Notes under the pieces: generated by a model
What the model saw: only the letters and a program-made list of their open reading frames with translations
What the model was told of the DNA's origin: nothing
The model's database searches: none
Translations under genes and position numbers: made by a program
Assembly: GCA_963801165.1 (NCBI GenBank)
Contig: CAWDDT010000009.1
Location: 64,001-128,000, forward strand
Source of the DNA: an uncultured bacterium
GTDB taxonomy: Bacteria > Actinomycetota > Acidimicrobiia > Spongiisociales > UBA5794
Length of the DNA stretch: 64,000 nt
Reading direction: 5' to 3'
In this document: piece after piece, positions 27,519 through 36,869 of the stretch
How the letters are laid out: the number at the start of each line of letters is the position of its first letter
How positions within the stretch are numbered: position 1 is the stretch's first letter

Positions 27519-29758
27519 TGGCCGGTCTTCGTCGTATCGCGACTGCCTTTGCCGCAGCAGCCCTTGTGGCTGCGTTGCCCGGTGCCGCGGTAGCCGATTT
27601 CGGCAACGGTCCCTCGCTCGAGCCCATTCCGGATCAGACCGTTGCCGAGCTGAGCCAGATGCGGGTGACGGTCGAAGCAAGCGACCCCGATCTACCCAAT
27701 GACGTGCTCCGCTTCTCTCTGGCCGGAGGCCCGCTCGGTGCAGTCATGGCGCCGGGCGGAACCATCACGTGGACCCCTTCGGAGGCCAACGGTCCTGGTA
27801 CGTATACGATCGTCGCCCGCGTGGCGGATGCGTCGGGGCAGACCGACCAGGAGTCCTTTCAGGTGACGGTCACCGAGGTGAACACCGCACCCAAAATCGG
27901 ATCCATTCCGGATCAGGCGCTCGGACCGGGCGACGAGCTCGAGCTTGAAATCCCGGTTACCGATGTCGACCAGCCGGCCAACTCGTTCACGTTCGCGGCA
28001 ACCGGGCTTCCCCCGGGAACGAGCATCGACAGCACTACGGGGAAGATCAGCGGGACTGTGTCGAGCGTTGGGGACGCCACCTCGGGTACCGCCGTTATCA
28101 CCGTGACCGACGACGGCAACCCTCCCGCCCGGGCGACGCGTTCCTTCTCGTGGTTGGTAACGGCCGGCAACCATGCTCCGACCATGCAGCCGCTCGGCGA
28201 GCAAACGGTTCTCGAGGACGGTGTGGTCCGGTTCACGGTTTCTGCCCTGGACGCCGACCCGGGTGACGCGCTCATCTACTGGCTGGCAGAGGGTGTCGAC
28301 CCGGTGCCGGCCGGCGCCACGATCGACGAGAAGGGTGGGGTGTTCACCTGGAAACCGACGCAGGACCAGTACGGGGCTACCTACCGGTTCAACGTGATCG
28401 TGTCGGATTCGGGGTCGCCGCGACTATCCGATACCCAGCTGATCACGGTCGTCCTTCCTGAGTACAACACGCCCCCCGAGATCGGCGCCGTTTCCGACCA
28501 GCATTCGGCCGAGGGCGACAGCGTGCTGGTGAGAGTGACCGCAACCGACGTGGAACGCAACGCCCTCACCTTTTCGGCGGCGGACCTCCCTGCAGGGCTC
28601 GAGATCGATCCGGCCACAGGCGTGATCAGCGGCGAAGTCGGATACGAGGCCGGGGCGCGATCGCCGTATAGCGTCGTAGTGACGGTCACCGATGATGGGC
28701 GGCCTGCGGCGTCCAGTCACGCTTCGTTCAGCTGGGCGATCGACGAGACCAACCGGCCGCCGGTGGTCACGCCGGTGACGGTGGCGGCGATGGTGGGGAG
28801 AACGACACCTATCGAACTCGACGTATCCGACCCCGATGGCGACCCGCTCACGTTCACGATCGTCGACCAGCCGAGCAACGGCAGGCTCAGCGGAGTGCCG
28901 CCCACACTGACCTACCTGAGCGATGGGGGCACGAGCGACGCGTTCACCTTCACCGTCACCGACGGTGAGTTCGAGGTTGAGGGGACCGTGCTGATCGAGA
29001 TCAGAGAGAGCAATGCTCCGCCGGAGCCGGGTGTCGACGAGTACCAGCTGACGAGCGGCGAGACGCTTCAGGTCGACGCCCCCGGGGTGTTGGGCAATGA
29101 CCACGATCCCGACAGCGAGCAGCTGACCGCGGTGCTGGTGGCCCGACCCGACCACGGTGAGCTGACCCTAAACGCCGACGGTTCTTTCACCTATACCCCC
29201 GAAGCCGGCTACGTCGGGGCCGACAAGTTCACCTATGCCGCCGTCGACGAGCTCGGGGAGGAGTCGACGGCAACCGTCGTCCTGACCGTGGTGGCCGCAC
29301 AGACACCGGGCGAGGTCGAGCCCCCGGCAGGATCGCGGGCGGCGGTCGTTGCCGCCACTGCGGCGGCGTGGCGGCCGCCGGCCGAGGAGGACGGGGCTTT
29401 GCTCCCGCGGGTTGGCCGCGCCGTGACCGACGCCTTTCACAGTGGCGTTGCCGCGATTCCGCAGATCGCCTATCCGTTGTTGTTGCTGATCGCAGCACTG
29501 GTGCTGGCACTCACCGTCGGCAAGGTTTCGCTGCTGCCGGTGGGCAACGGGCGCACCCAGGGTGAAGGGACGGTGGACTGGTACGACCCGGCCCGCGGTT
29601 TCGGCCGCATCTTGTCCGATGACCGCGGTGACGAGGTCTTCGTCCACGCCGGCTCGTTCGAGAAGGGGGAGACCCCGGTACCGGGCCAGCGGGTCGAGTT
29701 CATCGCCGCCACCATCCGCGACCGCAAGATGGCCCTCAAAGCCTGGCAGGCGTCTTGA
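27515..29758 (+). CDS. Secreted Ig/cadherin-repeat protein with TM helix and C-terminal cold-shock domain
   Basis: Signal peptide; about six NxxP-led Ig/cadherin-like repeats ('GLPPGTSIDSTTGKISG', 'GVLGNDHDPD', 'DGSFTYTP'); TM at ~29465-29520; CSD 'GTVDWYDPARGFGRI...EVFVHAGSF...GQRVEF'. Confidence 0.85.
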   Translation: MMAGLRRIATAFAAAALVAALPGAAVADFGNGPSLEPIPDQTVAELSQMRVTVEASDPDLPNDVLRFSLAGGPLGAVMAPGGTITWTPSEANGPGTYTIVARVADASGQTDQESFQVTVTEVNTAPKIGSIPDQALGPGDELELEIPVTDVDQPANSFTFAATGLPPGTSIDSTTGKISGTVSSVGDATSGTAVITVTDDGNPPARATRSFSWLVTAGNHAPTMQPLGEQTVLEDGVVRFTVSALDADPGDALIYWLAEGVDPVPAGATIDEKGGVFTWKPTQDQYGATYRFNVIVSDSGSPRLSDTQLITVVLPEYNTPPEIGAVSDQHSAEGDSVLVRVTATDVERNALTFSAADLPAGLEIDPATGVISGEVGYEAGARSPYSVVVTVTDDGRPAASSHASFSWAIDETNRPPVVTPVTVAAMVGRTTPIELDVSDPDGDPLTFTIVDQPSNGRLSGVPPTLTYLSDGGTSDAFTFTVTDGEFEVEGTVLIEIRESNAPPEPGVDEYQLTSGETLQVDAPGVLGNDHDPDSEQLTAVLVARPDHGELTLNADGSFTYTPEAGYVGADKFTYAAVDELGEESTATVVLTVVAAQTPGEVEPPAGSRAAVVAATAAAWRPPAEEDGALLPRVGRAVTDAFHSGVAAIPQIAYPLLLLIAALVLALTVGKVSLLPVGNGRTQGEGTVDWYDPARGFGRILSDDRGDEVFVHAGSFEKGETPVPGQRVEFIAATIRDRKMALKAWQAS

Positions 29759-30944
29759 CCATTCCCAGCTGGTGGACATCGATCCTCCCGGTGCGGAACC
29801 CGGCCTCGCAGTACGCCAGGTAGTAGCGCCACGTTCGCCGGAACCGCTCGTCGAGGCCCAGGCTGCGCAATGCCGGCCAGGAGTTTTCGAAGCGCTCCCG
29901 CCAGGTACGCAGCGTCCGTGCGTATGAGGCGGCGAACGAGTCGACAGACCTGACGGTCAAACCTCGCTCTCCGGCGAGGTCGCGCAGCTTTTCCACCGAT
30001 GGGAGGGCGCCACCCGGGAAGATGTGCTTGCTGATGAAGTCGTCGCGGCCGAGCAGTGAGTCGAAGAGCCGGTTGTCGATGGTGATGGCCTGCATGGCGA
30101 CCGCCCCGTTGGGGCGGAGCCGGGCCTGGATCTGGTCGAACAGCGTGGGCCAGAGATCTGCGGGAATCGACTCGATCATCTCGATTGTCACGATCTTGTC
30201 ATACAGCCCCGTCTCATCGCGGAAGTCCTGGAGCCTGATTTCTGTCCGGTCGGCGACACCGGCCCTGGCGAGCCGTTCCCTGGCGTAGGTCGCCTGCTCA
30301 CCGCTGAGAGTGAGCCCGGTCACCGACGCGCCCATCTCGGTGGCCGCGTATTCCGCGAAGCCTCCCCAGCCGCAGCCGATCTCGAGCACTCGGTCGCCCG
30401 GCCCAACCCCGGCGAGCTCGGCGAGACGCTGGTACTTGGTCAACTGCCCCTGGGTGAGATCGTCGTCTTCCGACCGGAACACCGCCGATGAGTACGTCAT
30501 AGTGGAGTCGAGCCAGGCGGTGTAGAAGTCGTTGCCGAGGTCGTAGTGGTCGCCGATGCTGGGGATCTCGGAACGGCGCCGTACCGTCAATCGTTGCCAT
30601 AGCCGGCGGGCGGCTGTGATGACACGGCCGGGATTGCGGTCCCTCACACGGGCGTCGAGGTTCCTCGCCATCGCTTCCAGGGTCGCTGCCAGGTCGGGGG
30701 TGTCCCACAGACCGGCCATGTAGGCCTCGGCGAACCCGACGCCGCCGCCTGTGGCGAGCCGCCACAAGAACCGTATCGGACGGTAGACGGTGACGCGCCC
30801 GCTTGGCCCCGGCTCGGCGCCATGTCCTACCAGGATGGCCGAGCCGGGTAGTTCGACGGTGATCTCGCCGACTCGAATCCGTCGTAGCAGCGCTCCGTAG
30901 CCGGCTCGCACCGGTTTCATCGTGATCGACGCAAAGACGCTCAC
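29736..30944 (-). CDS. Cyclopropane-fatty-acyl-phospholipid synthase family methyltransferase (UfaM/UfaA1-like)
   Basis: 'HYDLGNDFY', 'MTYSSA', 'LEIGCGWG', 'IFPGG', 'YYLAYCEAGF'; GTG start overlaps the DUF1365 stop. Confidence 0.92.
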   Translation of the reverse strand: MSVFASITMKPVRAGYGALLRRIRVGEITVELPGSAILVGHGAEPGPSGRVTVYRPIRFLWRLATGGGVGFAEAYMAGLWDTPDLAATLEAMARNLDARVRDRNPGRVITAARRLWQRLTVRRRSEIPSIGDHYDLGNDFYTAWLDSTMTYSSAVFRSEDDDLTQGQLTKYQRLAELAGVGPGDRVLEIGCGWGGFAEYAATEMGASVTGLTLSGEQATYARERLARAGVADRTEIRLQDFRDETGLYDKIVTIEMIESIPADLWPTLFDQIQARLRPNGAVAMQAITIDNRLFDSLLGRDDFISKHIFPGGALPSVEKLRDLAGERGLTVRSVDSFAASYARTLRTWRERFENSWPALRSLGLDERFRRTWRYYLAYCEAGFRTGRIDVHQLGMVKTPARL

Positions 30945-31714
30945 GGCTGGGCCACCATGCTCTCGATCCGCACCGGTACCTGCGGTGGTTCCGGGACCCG
31001 GTGATACCGGCCGCCTTTCATCAGGATACGCAACGCATGCCAGTGGATGGCCGAGATCACCTTCAGTGTGAGCAAGGGGTGAGTGAAGAAGGCGGTGAGC
31101 AGGTTGCGGTCGGTGAATTCGTGCCGGGCCCCCACCATCGTTGCCGTTAGTCGATCTTCCGTTGGCGTGGTGTAGCCGATCGAGATCGAGAAGCGCTCCC
31201 CCGGGGGGCGGAGGGTGAACGTATAGCCACCCTCCCGGTCGAAGAACGGGGAGACGTGGAACTCCTTGCCGAAGCTGTGCCGGTGGGGTTCGCGTCCTTC
31301 GACCGGGATCAGGTGACTGTGGCTGTGCCCGAACGTGTTGTGGATCTCGTAGAGGACGGCGTCCAGGGAGCCGTCGGCATCGCGACAGAACCAGACCGTC
31401 AGGGGGTTGAACTGGTAGCCGAGCATGCGCGGATAGAGGAGTACTTCGATCCGCCCTCCGGGAAGATCTATACCGGCGAGTCGCAGCTGCTCGTGTATCC
31501 ACATTCGCATGCTGGTGCCGTCTCTGGCTCCGTGATCGCGATCGTGCACCGACAGGAGGTTCCAGCGGTTGTGGGAGAACCAGCGGCTGCCGTCGGCGAG
31601 CTCCTCGAGCTCGTCCAGGTCGACGAGCAACGAGAAGGTGCGGTAGGCCAGTTCGTGCCGGAACGGCGCCTTGCGGCGATGGGCGACCCGGCCGACAAAG
31701 ATGCCGCTATTCAT
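30941..31714 (-). CDS. DUF1365 protein (UfaO-like)
   Basis: 'HRR..P..H...Y', 'PRMLGYQFNPL', 'EIHNTFG', 'KEFHVSPF', 'IHWHALR'. Confidence 0.9.
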   Translation of the reverse strand: MNSGIFVGRVAHRRKAPFRHELAYRTFSLLVDLDELEELADGSRWFSHNRWNLLSVHDRDHGARDGTSMRMWIHEQLRLAGIDLPGGRIEVLLYPRMLGYQFNPLTVWFCRDADGSLDAVLYEIHNTFGHSHSHLIPVEGREPHRHSFGKEFHVSPFFDREGGYTFTLRPPGERFSISIGYTTPTEDRLTATMVGARHEFTDRNLLTAFFTHPLLTLKVISAIHWHALRILMKGGRYHRVPEPPQVPVRIESMVAQP

Positions 31715-33036
31715 GCCGTCACCAGGGATCGCCTGCGCAACGCAACGGACGCGGCCGGGCTGCGGCGCACGATTCGATCTGCCCACGGGGCCGCTGCCCC
31801 GAGCTGGGCGGCGACGGTGAGTCCGGCCTGGAGCCCGTCCTCATGGAAGCCGTATCCGCAGTAGGCGCCGGCGAACCAGGTGCGACGTTCCCCCTGGATC
31901 GTGCCGAGATCACGCTGGGCTCGGGCCGACGCGGCATCGAATTGGGGATGAGAGAACCAGACCTCGTCAACAACGGTGTCCGGGTGTGGCTCGATCGCCG
32001 GGTTCAGCGAAACGAAGACTTGACGATCCCCAGGCAACGACTGAAGTCGATTCATCCAGTAGGTGACAGCGACGGCGCGGTCGGCGTCACCGGTCACGGC
32101 GCCGGCTACGTTCCACGAGGCCCACGCCCGGCGTCGACGTGGCATGAGCCGCTCGTCGCTGTGCACCACCGCCCGGTTGGGGGCGTACCGGAACGCGCCG
32201 ATGATGCGTCGCTCGGATGCGGTGGCCGCGGCACCCAGGATGCGCGTCGTCGTGTCGGCATGGGTGGCGAACACCACGTGGTCGTATTCCCGGGTGTCGC
32301 CGCGGGCGGCGGTCAAGAGCACTGCATCAGGGCGACGGTCTACTGCGACTACCGGCGTGTCGAGCAGGATCTCGTCGACGTGGCCCAACGCTTTGTCTAC
32401 GTACGTCCGGCTGCCTCCCGCCACGGTGCGCCATTGGGGGCGATCGGTGAGGCGGAGCAGACCGTGGTTGGCGAGGAAGCTGAGAAAGGTCTGTGCGGGC
32501 ATGTCCGAGACGTCCTCACCGGCTCCGGACCAGACGGCGGCGGCCAGCGGGAGCAGGTAATGCGAGGCGAAGGCGCTCGGGTAGCGGCGGTGGGTCAGGT
32601 ACTCGCCGATGGAGAGCCCGTCGGGCACCTCACCGGCTTCGAGACGCTCGTGTTCGGTTCGGAACTCCCTGATGGCCCGGAGCAGCGACCACATGCGGGG
32701 TCGCACCAGGTTCGATTTGTCGGCAAGGATTCCGGCGAGGCTCCCCGCGTACTCGAGGCCGGTGGCCGGGTCGCTTACCGAGAACGACATGCTGCTCGGC
32801 TTGGTCTCGATGCCGAGTGTGCGGAAGAACTCGACCAGGTTCGGGTAGTTGCGGTCGTTGTAGACGATGAATCCGGTGTCGACGGGCAGGTGGTAGCCAC
32901 CCATATCTACGTCGATGGTTCTGGTGTGACCGCCCGGTCGATTCTCCGCCTCGTAGACGGTGACCCGATGTTCCCGGCTGATTGCCCAGGCGGCTCCGAT
33001 TCCGGTGATCCCGGAGCCGACGACTGCGATGTTCAT
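31711..33036 (-). CDS. FAD-dependent oxidoreductase (UfaD/Rv0449c-like)
   Basis: 'IAVVGSGITG', 'GGHTRT', 'VDTGFIVYN..NYPN', 'AWASWN', 'TYWMN.LQ', 'GYGFHEDG'. Confidence 0.92.
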   Translation of the reverse strand: MNIAVVGSGITGIGAAWAISREHRVTVYEAENRPGGHTRTIDVDMGGYHLPVDTGFIVYNDRNYPNLVEFFRTLGIETKPSSMSFSVSDPATGLEYAGSLAGILADKSNLVRPRMWSLLRAIREFRTEHERLEAGEVPDGLSIGEYLTHRRYPSAFASHYLLPLAAAVWSGAGEDVSDMPAQTFLSFLANHGLLRLTDRPQWRTVAGGSRTYVDKALGHVDEILLDTPVVAVDRRPDAVLLTAARGDTREYDHVVFATHADTTTRILGAAATASERRIIGAFRYAPNRAVVHSDERLMPRRRRAWASWNVAGAVTGDADRAVAVTYWMNRLQSLPGDRQVFVSLNPAIEPHPDTVVDEVWFSHPQFDAASARAQRDLGTIQGERRTWFAGAYCGYGFHEDGLQAGLTVAAQLGAAAPWADRIVRRSPAASVALRRRSLVTA

Positions 33037-33061
33037 TGACTCTCCTTGATTTCGCTACTGG

Positions 33062-33088
33062 TTCGGAGCGGGGGCGCCGCTTGGATTG
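33062..33088 (-). promoter_or_regulatory. Putative SigK-type ECF promoter for the oxidoreductase-DUF1365-cfa operon
   Basis: Minus strand CAATCC-N16-CCGAA, similar to the recalled mycobacterial SigK consensus (CCATCC...CCGAA). Confidence 0.55.
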
Positions 33089-33153
33089 CCGAAGGCACGT
33101 ACAGAACGGCGTCGGCTCCGAACAAGAAGGGAGAAACCAAGGAGAACAACACC

Positions 33154-33594
33154 ATGACCCGTCTTGTCGAGACAGCGCACACGTCGCTCGATCCGGCTGC
33201 GGCCTTTGCCAAAGTTGCCGAGTTCGCCAATATCGAACAGTGGGACCCCGGTGTCACTCGCTCTGTGAAGGTATCCCCGGGACCTACCGACGTCGGCACC
33301 AGCTATGCACTGGAGCTCGAGTACGGCGGACGGAAGCTGGATATGACGTACACGGTCACCGAGTACCGGCCGAACGAACGGGTCGTACTCCGCAGCCACG
33401 GCGGCCGTGTTGAAGCTGTCGACACGATCACTTTCGGGGCCAACGGTGCCGGAACCCTCGTCACCTACGAGGCCGACCTACAACTCACCGGTATGGGGCG
33501 ACTGGTACAGCCCCTCCTGAAGAATCGTCTCGAGGCTATCGGCCGGGCTGCCGGTGACGGCTTGCGTGAATGGCTAGCCGGGTTGGAAGGCTGA
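33154..33594 (+). CDS. SRPBCC (START-like) family protein
   Basis: 'AEFANIEQWDPGV', 'VTEYRPNERVV', 'GTLVTYEADL'; RBS AAGGAG. Confidence 0.85.
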   Translation: MTRLVETAHTSLDPAAAFAKVAEFANIEQWDPGVTRSVKVSPGPTDVGTSYALELEYGGRKLDMTYTVTEYRPNERVVLRSHGGRVEAVDTITFGANGAGTLVTYEADLQLTGMGRLVQPLLKNRLEAIGRAAGDGLREWLAGLEG

Positions 33595-33683
33595 CTCCCG
33601 TCGGCCCGTCTGAGTAGGCCGGCGGCGTCGAGGCGAATGCATGGGTCGTTGGCTTCGAGGCGGTCGCGGGCAATCATGCGGGC

Positions 33684-34802
33684 ATGGAGTCGCGAATTCT
33701 CCGTTGTTCTCATGAAGGCTCAGTCTCCGTCGCGGCCGAGCTGCCCGAAGGTGCCGTGGCCGGCAGATGGGTGTGGCTCGATATCGTGGCCGCCACCGGG
33801 GACATGGAAGCAGTAGCCGACCTGACCGCCACTTTCGACTTCGACAAGATGGCGCTGCGTGATGTGGTCGAGGATGTCGACCTCTCCAAGGTAGACGACT
33901 TCGGTCGGCACCTGCTCGTCATCCTCCACGGTCTCCGGGAGGACGAGATCGAGACGTACGATGTCGGGTGCTTCGTCACCGAGCAGTATCTGGTGACGGT
34001 GCACCGCTGCCCTTCGCCCGCGCTCGATTTCCTCTGGGACCGGATTCTCGAGAATTCCGAGCTGGCCAACGGAGGCGTCGATCATCTCCTGGCCCGCATC
34101 GCCGACGTGTTGACCAGGCGGCTGCTGGCAGTGGTCGATGCGTTTGACGACGCGGCCGATGCGCTCGTCGACGGCGCACTCGCCGCCGACCCGGAGCTGC
34201 TCACCGAGCTGACCGCGATCCGAGCGGATCTGGCAACGGTACGCCGGGTGGTGCATCCCCAGCGGGAGACGCTGGACCTGTTGCGGCAGAGCCCGTCCGC
34301 GCTCATCACCGATACGGGTCACCGCCGCTTCTCAGATGTGTTTGACGTTGCCGTGCGTGCCACCCAGGGTCTCGAGGCGGCCCGGGCTTCGCTTGCGGAG
34401 ATCCTCGACGCCTACCGGGGTGCCGAGGCTCACAAGGCGACCGACGTGACAATGGTGCTAACCGTCTATGCCGCGATCATGCTGCCGCTGTCGCTTGTCG
34501 CAGGGTTCTTCGGGATGAACTTCGTCAATATCCCCGGTTTCAACAGCAATTGGGGCTGGATCGTCGTAACGCTCATCATGGCCGCGATCGCCGTGATCTC
34601 ACTCGGCATATTCATCTCCGTCGGCTGGGTACGTCGCCCCTCCGGCCGGCGAGCCGGACGGGTGCTGGGCCGTGGTCTCATCGAAGCAGCCCGGGCGCCG
34701 GCACAGATCGTGGGCGCCGCGTACGAGATTTCGACGATGCCACTCCGGGCAACGGTGCAGAGAAACCGCCGCGGCGGCGAAGGGCCCGGCATCGAAGACT
34801 GA
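33684..34802 (+). CDS. CorA family divalent cation transporter
   Basis: 'WVWLDI', 'KVDDF', 'LVTVH', signature 'GFFGMNF'. Confidence 0.9.
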   Translation: MESRILRCSHEGSVSVAAELPEGAVAGRWVWLDIVAATGDMEAVADLTATFDFDKMALRDVVEDVDLSKVDDFGRHLLVILHGLREDEIETYDVGCFVTEQYLVTVHRCPSPALDFLWDRILENSELANGGVDHLLARIADVLTRRLLAVVDAFDDAADALVDGALAADPELLTELTAIRADLATVRRVVHPQRETLDLLRQSPSALITDTGHRRFSDVFDVAVRATQGLEAARASLAEILDAYRGAEAHKATDVTMVLTVYAAIMLPLSLVAGFFGMNFVNIPGFNSNWGWIVVTLIMAAIAVISLGIFISVGWVRRPSGRRAGRVLGRGLIEAARAPAQIVGAAYEISTMPLRATVQRNRRGGEGPGIED

Positions 34803-34874
34803 GTGTCTTCGCATATCGGGTTTCCTCCTTCCATACCGGGAAGTCGTACACCGGAAGCGAAAATTAGGGCAGAT

Positions 34875-35882
34875 TCATCTCCCGCCGGCCAGCTGATCCG
34901 CCGTCTCGGTGAGCTTCGCCCACAGCCGGTCCCGATCGGCCGGGGTCTCGACGGTGCTCTTCAGGCGGTACTCAGCCCGCACAGCCCGGTCGTGCCACAG
35001 CTTCCCGGTCGCTTCCACCCCGACCGGCGACGTCGCCAGCCACAGCACCGTGTCGGCTCCCTGCTCGGGAGTTCTCAGCAGCGGTCTGGCGATGCGATGG
35101 AACATAGGGAGAGAGTTGCGTACTCCCGGGGTGTCTACCCAGCCGGGGTGAACGGCATTTGCGGTGACCCCGGTGCCGGCAAGCTGGTCCGCCCATATCT
35201 TGGTGAGCACCATCATCCCGCGCTTGGCTCGGGCATACGCAACGCTGCCGTGGTAGTCGCCCTGTGCGTAGTTGGGATCTTCCAGCTCGAGCCCCTGTGT
35301 GTACATGCCTCCGGATACAACGCTGATGATCCGCGCCGGCGCCGAATCGACCATCCGCTTCCTGAGACGGTTGGTGAGGAGAAAGGGCCCGAGGAGATCT
35401 GTGGCGTAGGCAAGCTCGAGGCCCTCCGGGGTCTCGATCCGCTGTTGCGGAAGGACTCCCACGTTGTTGATGAGGACGTCTATCCGGGGCTCGGTGTCGA
35501 GTATCTGTTGGCTCACGGCCGAGACCTGTGACATGACCGAGAGGTCGGCAAGGTAAAAGCTGATGTCGCCGTGGGGCGACTGCTCCCGGAGAAGGCGCTC
35601 GAGGTCGGAAGCCTTGTCGGGATCGCGGGCGACAAAGCGCAGCCGGGCACCCAGACGTGCGGCCCCGGTTGCCACTGCTCTCCCGATTCCGGAGGTCGCT
35701 CCGGTGATGACGACGACCCGATCGGCGAGCGCATCGCCCGGTATTCGCTCCCAATCGGGCGAGCGGAGTCTGTATCCGATCGAGCCGAAGCTGCCGACGA
35801 CGGACCATTCGAGAAGGGCGTCGCAGCGGCCGTGGCGGGATACCACGCTCCCGGTGCGGTCACCCGGCGGGATGGTGGTCAT
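34875..35882 (-). CDS. SDR family oxidoreductase (DHRS12-like)
   Basis: 'TGATSGIG', 'SGGMY', 'YARAKR', 'HPGWVDTPG', 'GADTVLWL'. Confidence 0.9.
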   Translation of the reverse strand: MTTIPPGDRTGSVVSRHGRCDALLEWSVVGSFGSIGYRLRSPDWERIPGDALADRVVVITGATSGIGRAVATGAARLGARLRFVARDPDKASDLERLLREQSPHGDISFYLADLSVMSQVSAVSQQILDTEPRIDVLINNVGVLPQQRIETPEGLELAYATDLLGPFLLTNRLRKRMVDSAPARIISVVSGGMYTQGLELEDPNYAQGDYHGSVAYARAKRGMMVLTKIWADQLAGTGVTANAVHPGWVDTPGVRNSLPMFHRIARPLLRTPEQGADTVLWLATSPVGVEATGKLWHDRAVRAEYRLKSTVETPADRDRLWAKLTETADQLAGGR

Positions 35883-36154
35883 ACGGATGCCTCAGGAGGC
35901 GATGTCGAGTCGGCCGTGCGGTGGGTGCGATTGGCACTGATCCCGGACGATTCCGCGATGCGATCCCAGAGCGCCTCGGAAACGGGCGGGGCGATTTCGG
36001 GTAGACCGTCTATCAGAACGCCAGCGACCCTTCGGAAAGAGGCGAGCGCGCCTTCGAGATCCGCGGACAGGCCGTGCTCGAAGCTTGCTGCCTCGTCCGC
36101 GGGCAAAGCGTGTACTGCGTGTGTCGCCGCGGTATCCAGCTCAAACCATTCCAT
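35879..36154 (-). CDS. Short anti-sigma factor (RskA N-terminal-like, no TM, no Cys)
   Basis: Overlaps the sigma stop; 'HAVHALPADEAASFEH.L', 'PP.SEALWDRI' resemble the RskA anti-sigma domain. Confidence 0.65.
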   Translation of the reverse strand: MEWFELDTAATHAVHALPADEAASFEHGLSADLEGALASFRRVAGVLIDGLPEIAPPVSEALWDRIAESSGISANRTHRTADSTSPPEASV

Positions 36155-36737
36155 GTAGCTCGGTTCCCAGCATGTCGCGAAGTTTCGCCAACCCGGAACG
36201 AATTCGACTCTTCACGGTTCCCTCCGGGACCCCGAGCACTTCGGCGACCTTGCGGTAGGAGTAGCCGAGGTAGAAGGCCATAGCGATCGGTTCCCGCTCG
36301 CTGTCTTTGAGCAGGGTGAGCGCGCTACGTACCCGTTCCGAGGTGATTCTGCTCATCGCTTCCTCTTCGGCGCCGACCTGATGTTCGGATGAGCGCCGCT
36401 CTTCGGCGTTCTCGCGTCGACTGCGAGCCTCTTCGCTGCGGATCAGGTCGATGCTACGCCCGTGTGCGTCGAGTTGGAGGAACGAGGCCAGCGACCCCCG
36501 GTAGGGATCGAAGCGTTCCGGCTTCCGCCACAACCGGACAAACACATCCTGGGTGATGTCCTCGGCGAGCTCTTCGCGTCGCAGGAGCCCGTAGGCGACC
36601 CGGTACACGCGCCGGCCGTGACGGCGGTAGGCCTCGTGGAGGGCGTCGGGGTCGCCAGCGCGGAGCTGTGAGGCGATCGGGGCGTCGTCTTCCCGCCGGG
36701 TGAACGCCGTGTGGTCCTTGTGCAGAGTCTGTGTCAT
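36141..36737 (-). CDS. ECF RNA polymerase sigma factor (SigK-like)
   Basis: 'AEDITQDVF..LW', 'FDPYRGS', 'GYSYRKVAEVLGVPEGTVKSRIR'; RBS GGAGG before ATG 36737. Confidence 0.92.
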   Translation of the reverse strand: MTQTLHKDHTAFTRREDDAPIASQLRAGDPDALHEAYRRHGRRVYRVAYGLLRREELAEDITQDVFVRLWRKPERFDPYRGSLASFLQLDAHGRSIDLIRSEEARSRRENAEERRSSEHQVGAEEEAMSRITSERVRSALTLLKDSEREPIAMAFYLGYSYRKVAEVLGVPEGTVKSRIRSGLAKLRDMLGTELHGMV

Positions 36738-36748
36738 GTCCCTCCGAG

Positions 36749-36860
36749 ATTTAGTACTAAATAAAGCACAGACTGATGAGATAGTCAAGACCTGAAACTC
36801 AGCCTCTGTGGCCGGAACGTCGGTATAGGCACTTGCATAGCGCGACATTTGGCACTAAAT
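36749..36860. promoter_or_regulatory. Divergent promoter region with two palindromic operators
   Basis: ATTTAGTACTAAAT (perfect, 36749-62) and ATTTGGCACTAAAT (36847-60); -35-like TTGACT (minus strand, 36783-88) and TTGCAT (plus strand, 36832-37). Confidence 0.72.
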
Positions 36861-36869
36861 AGAGGGATC

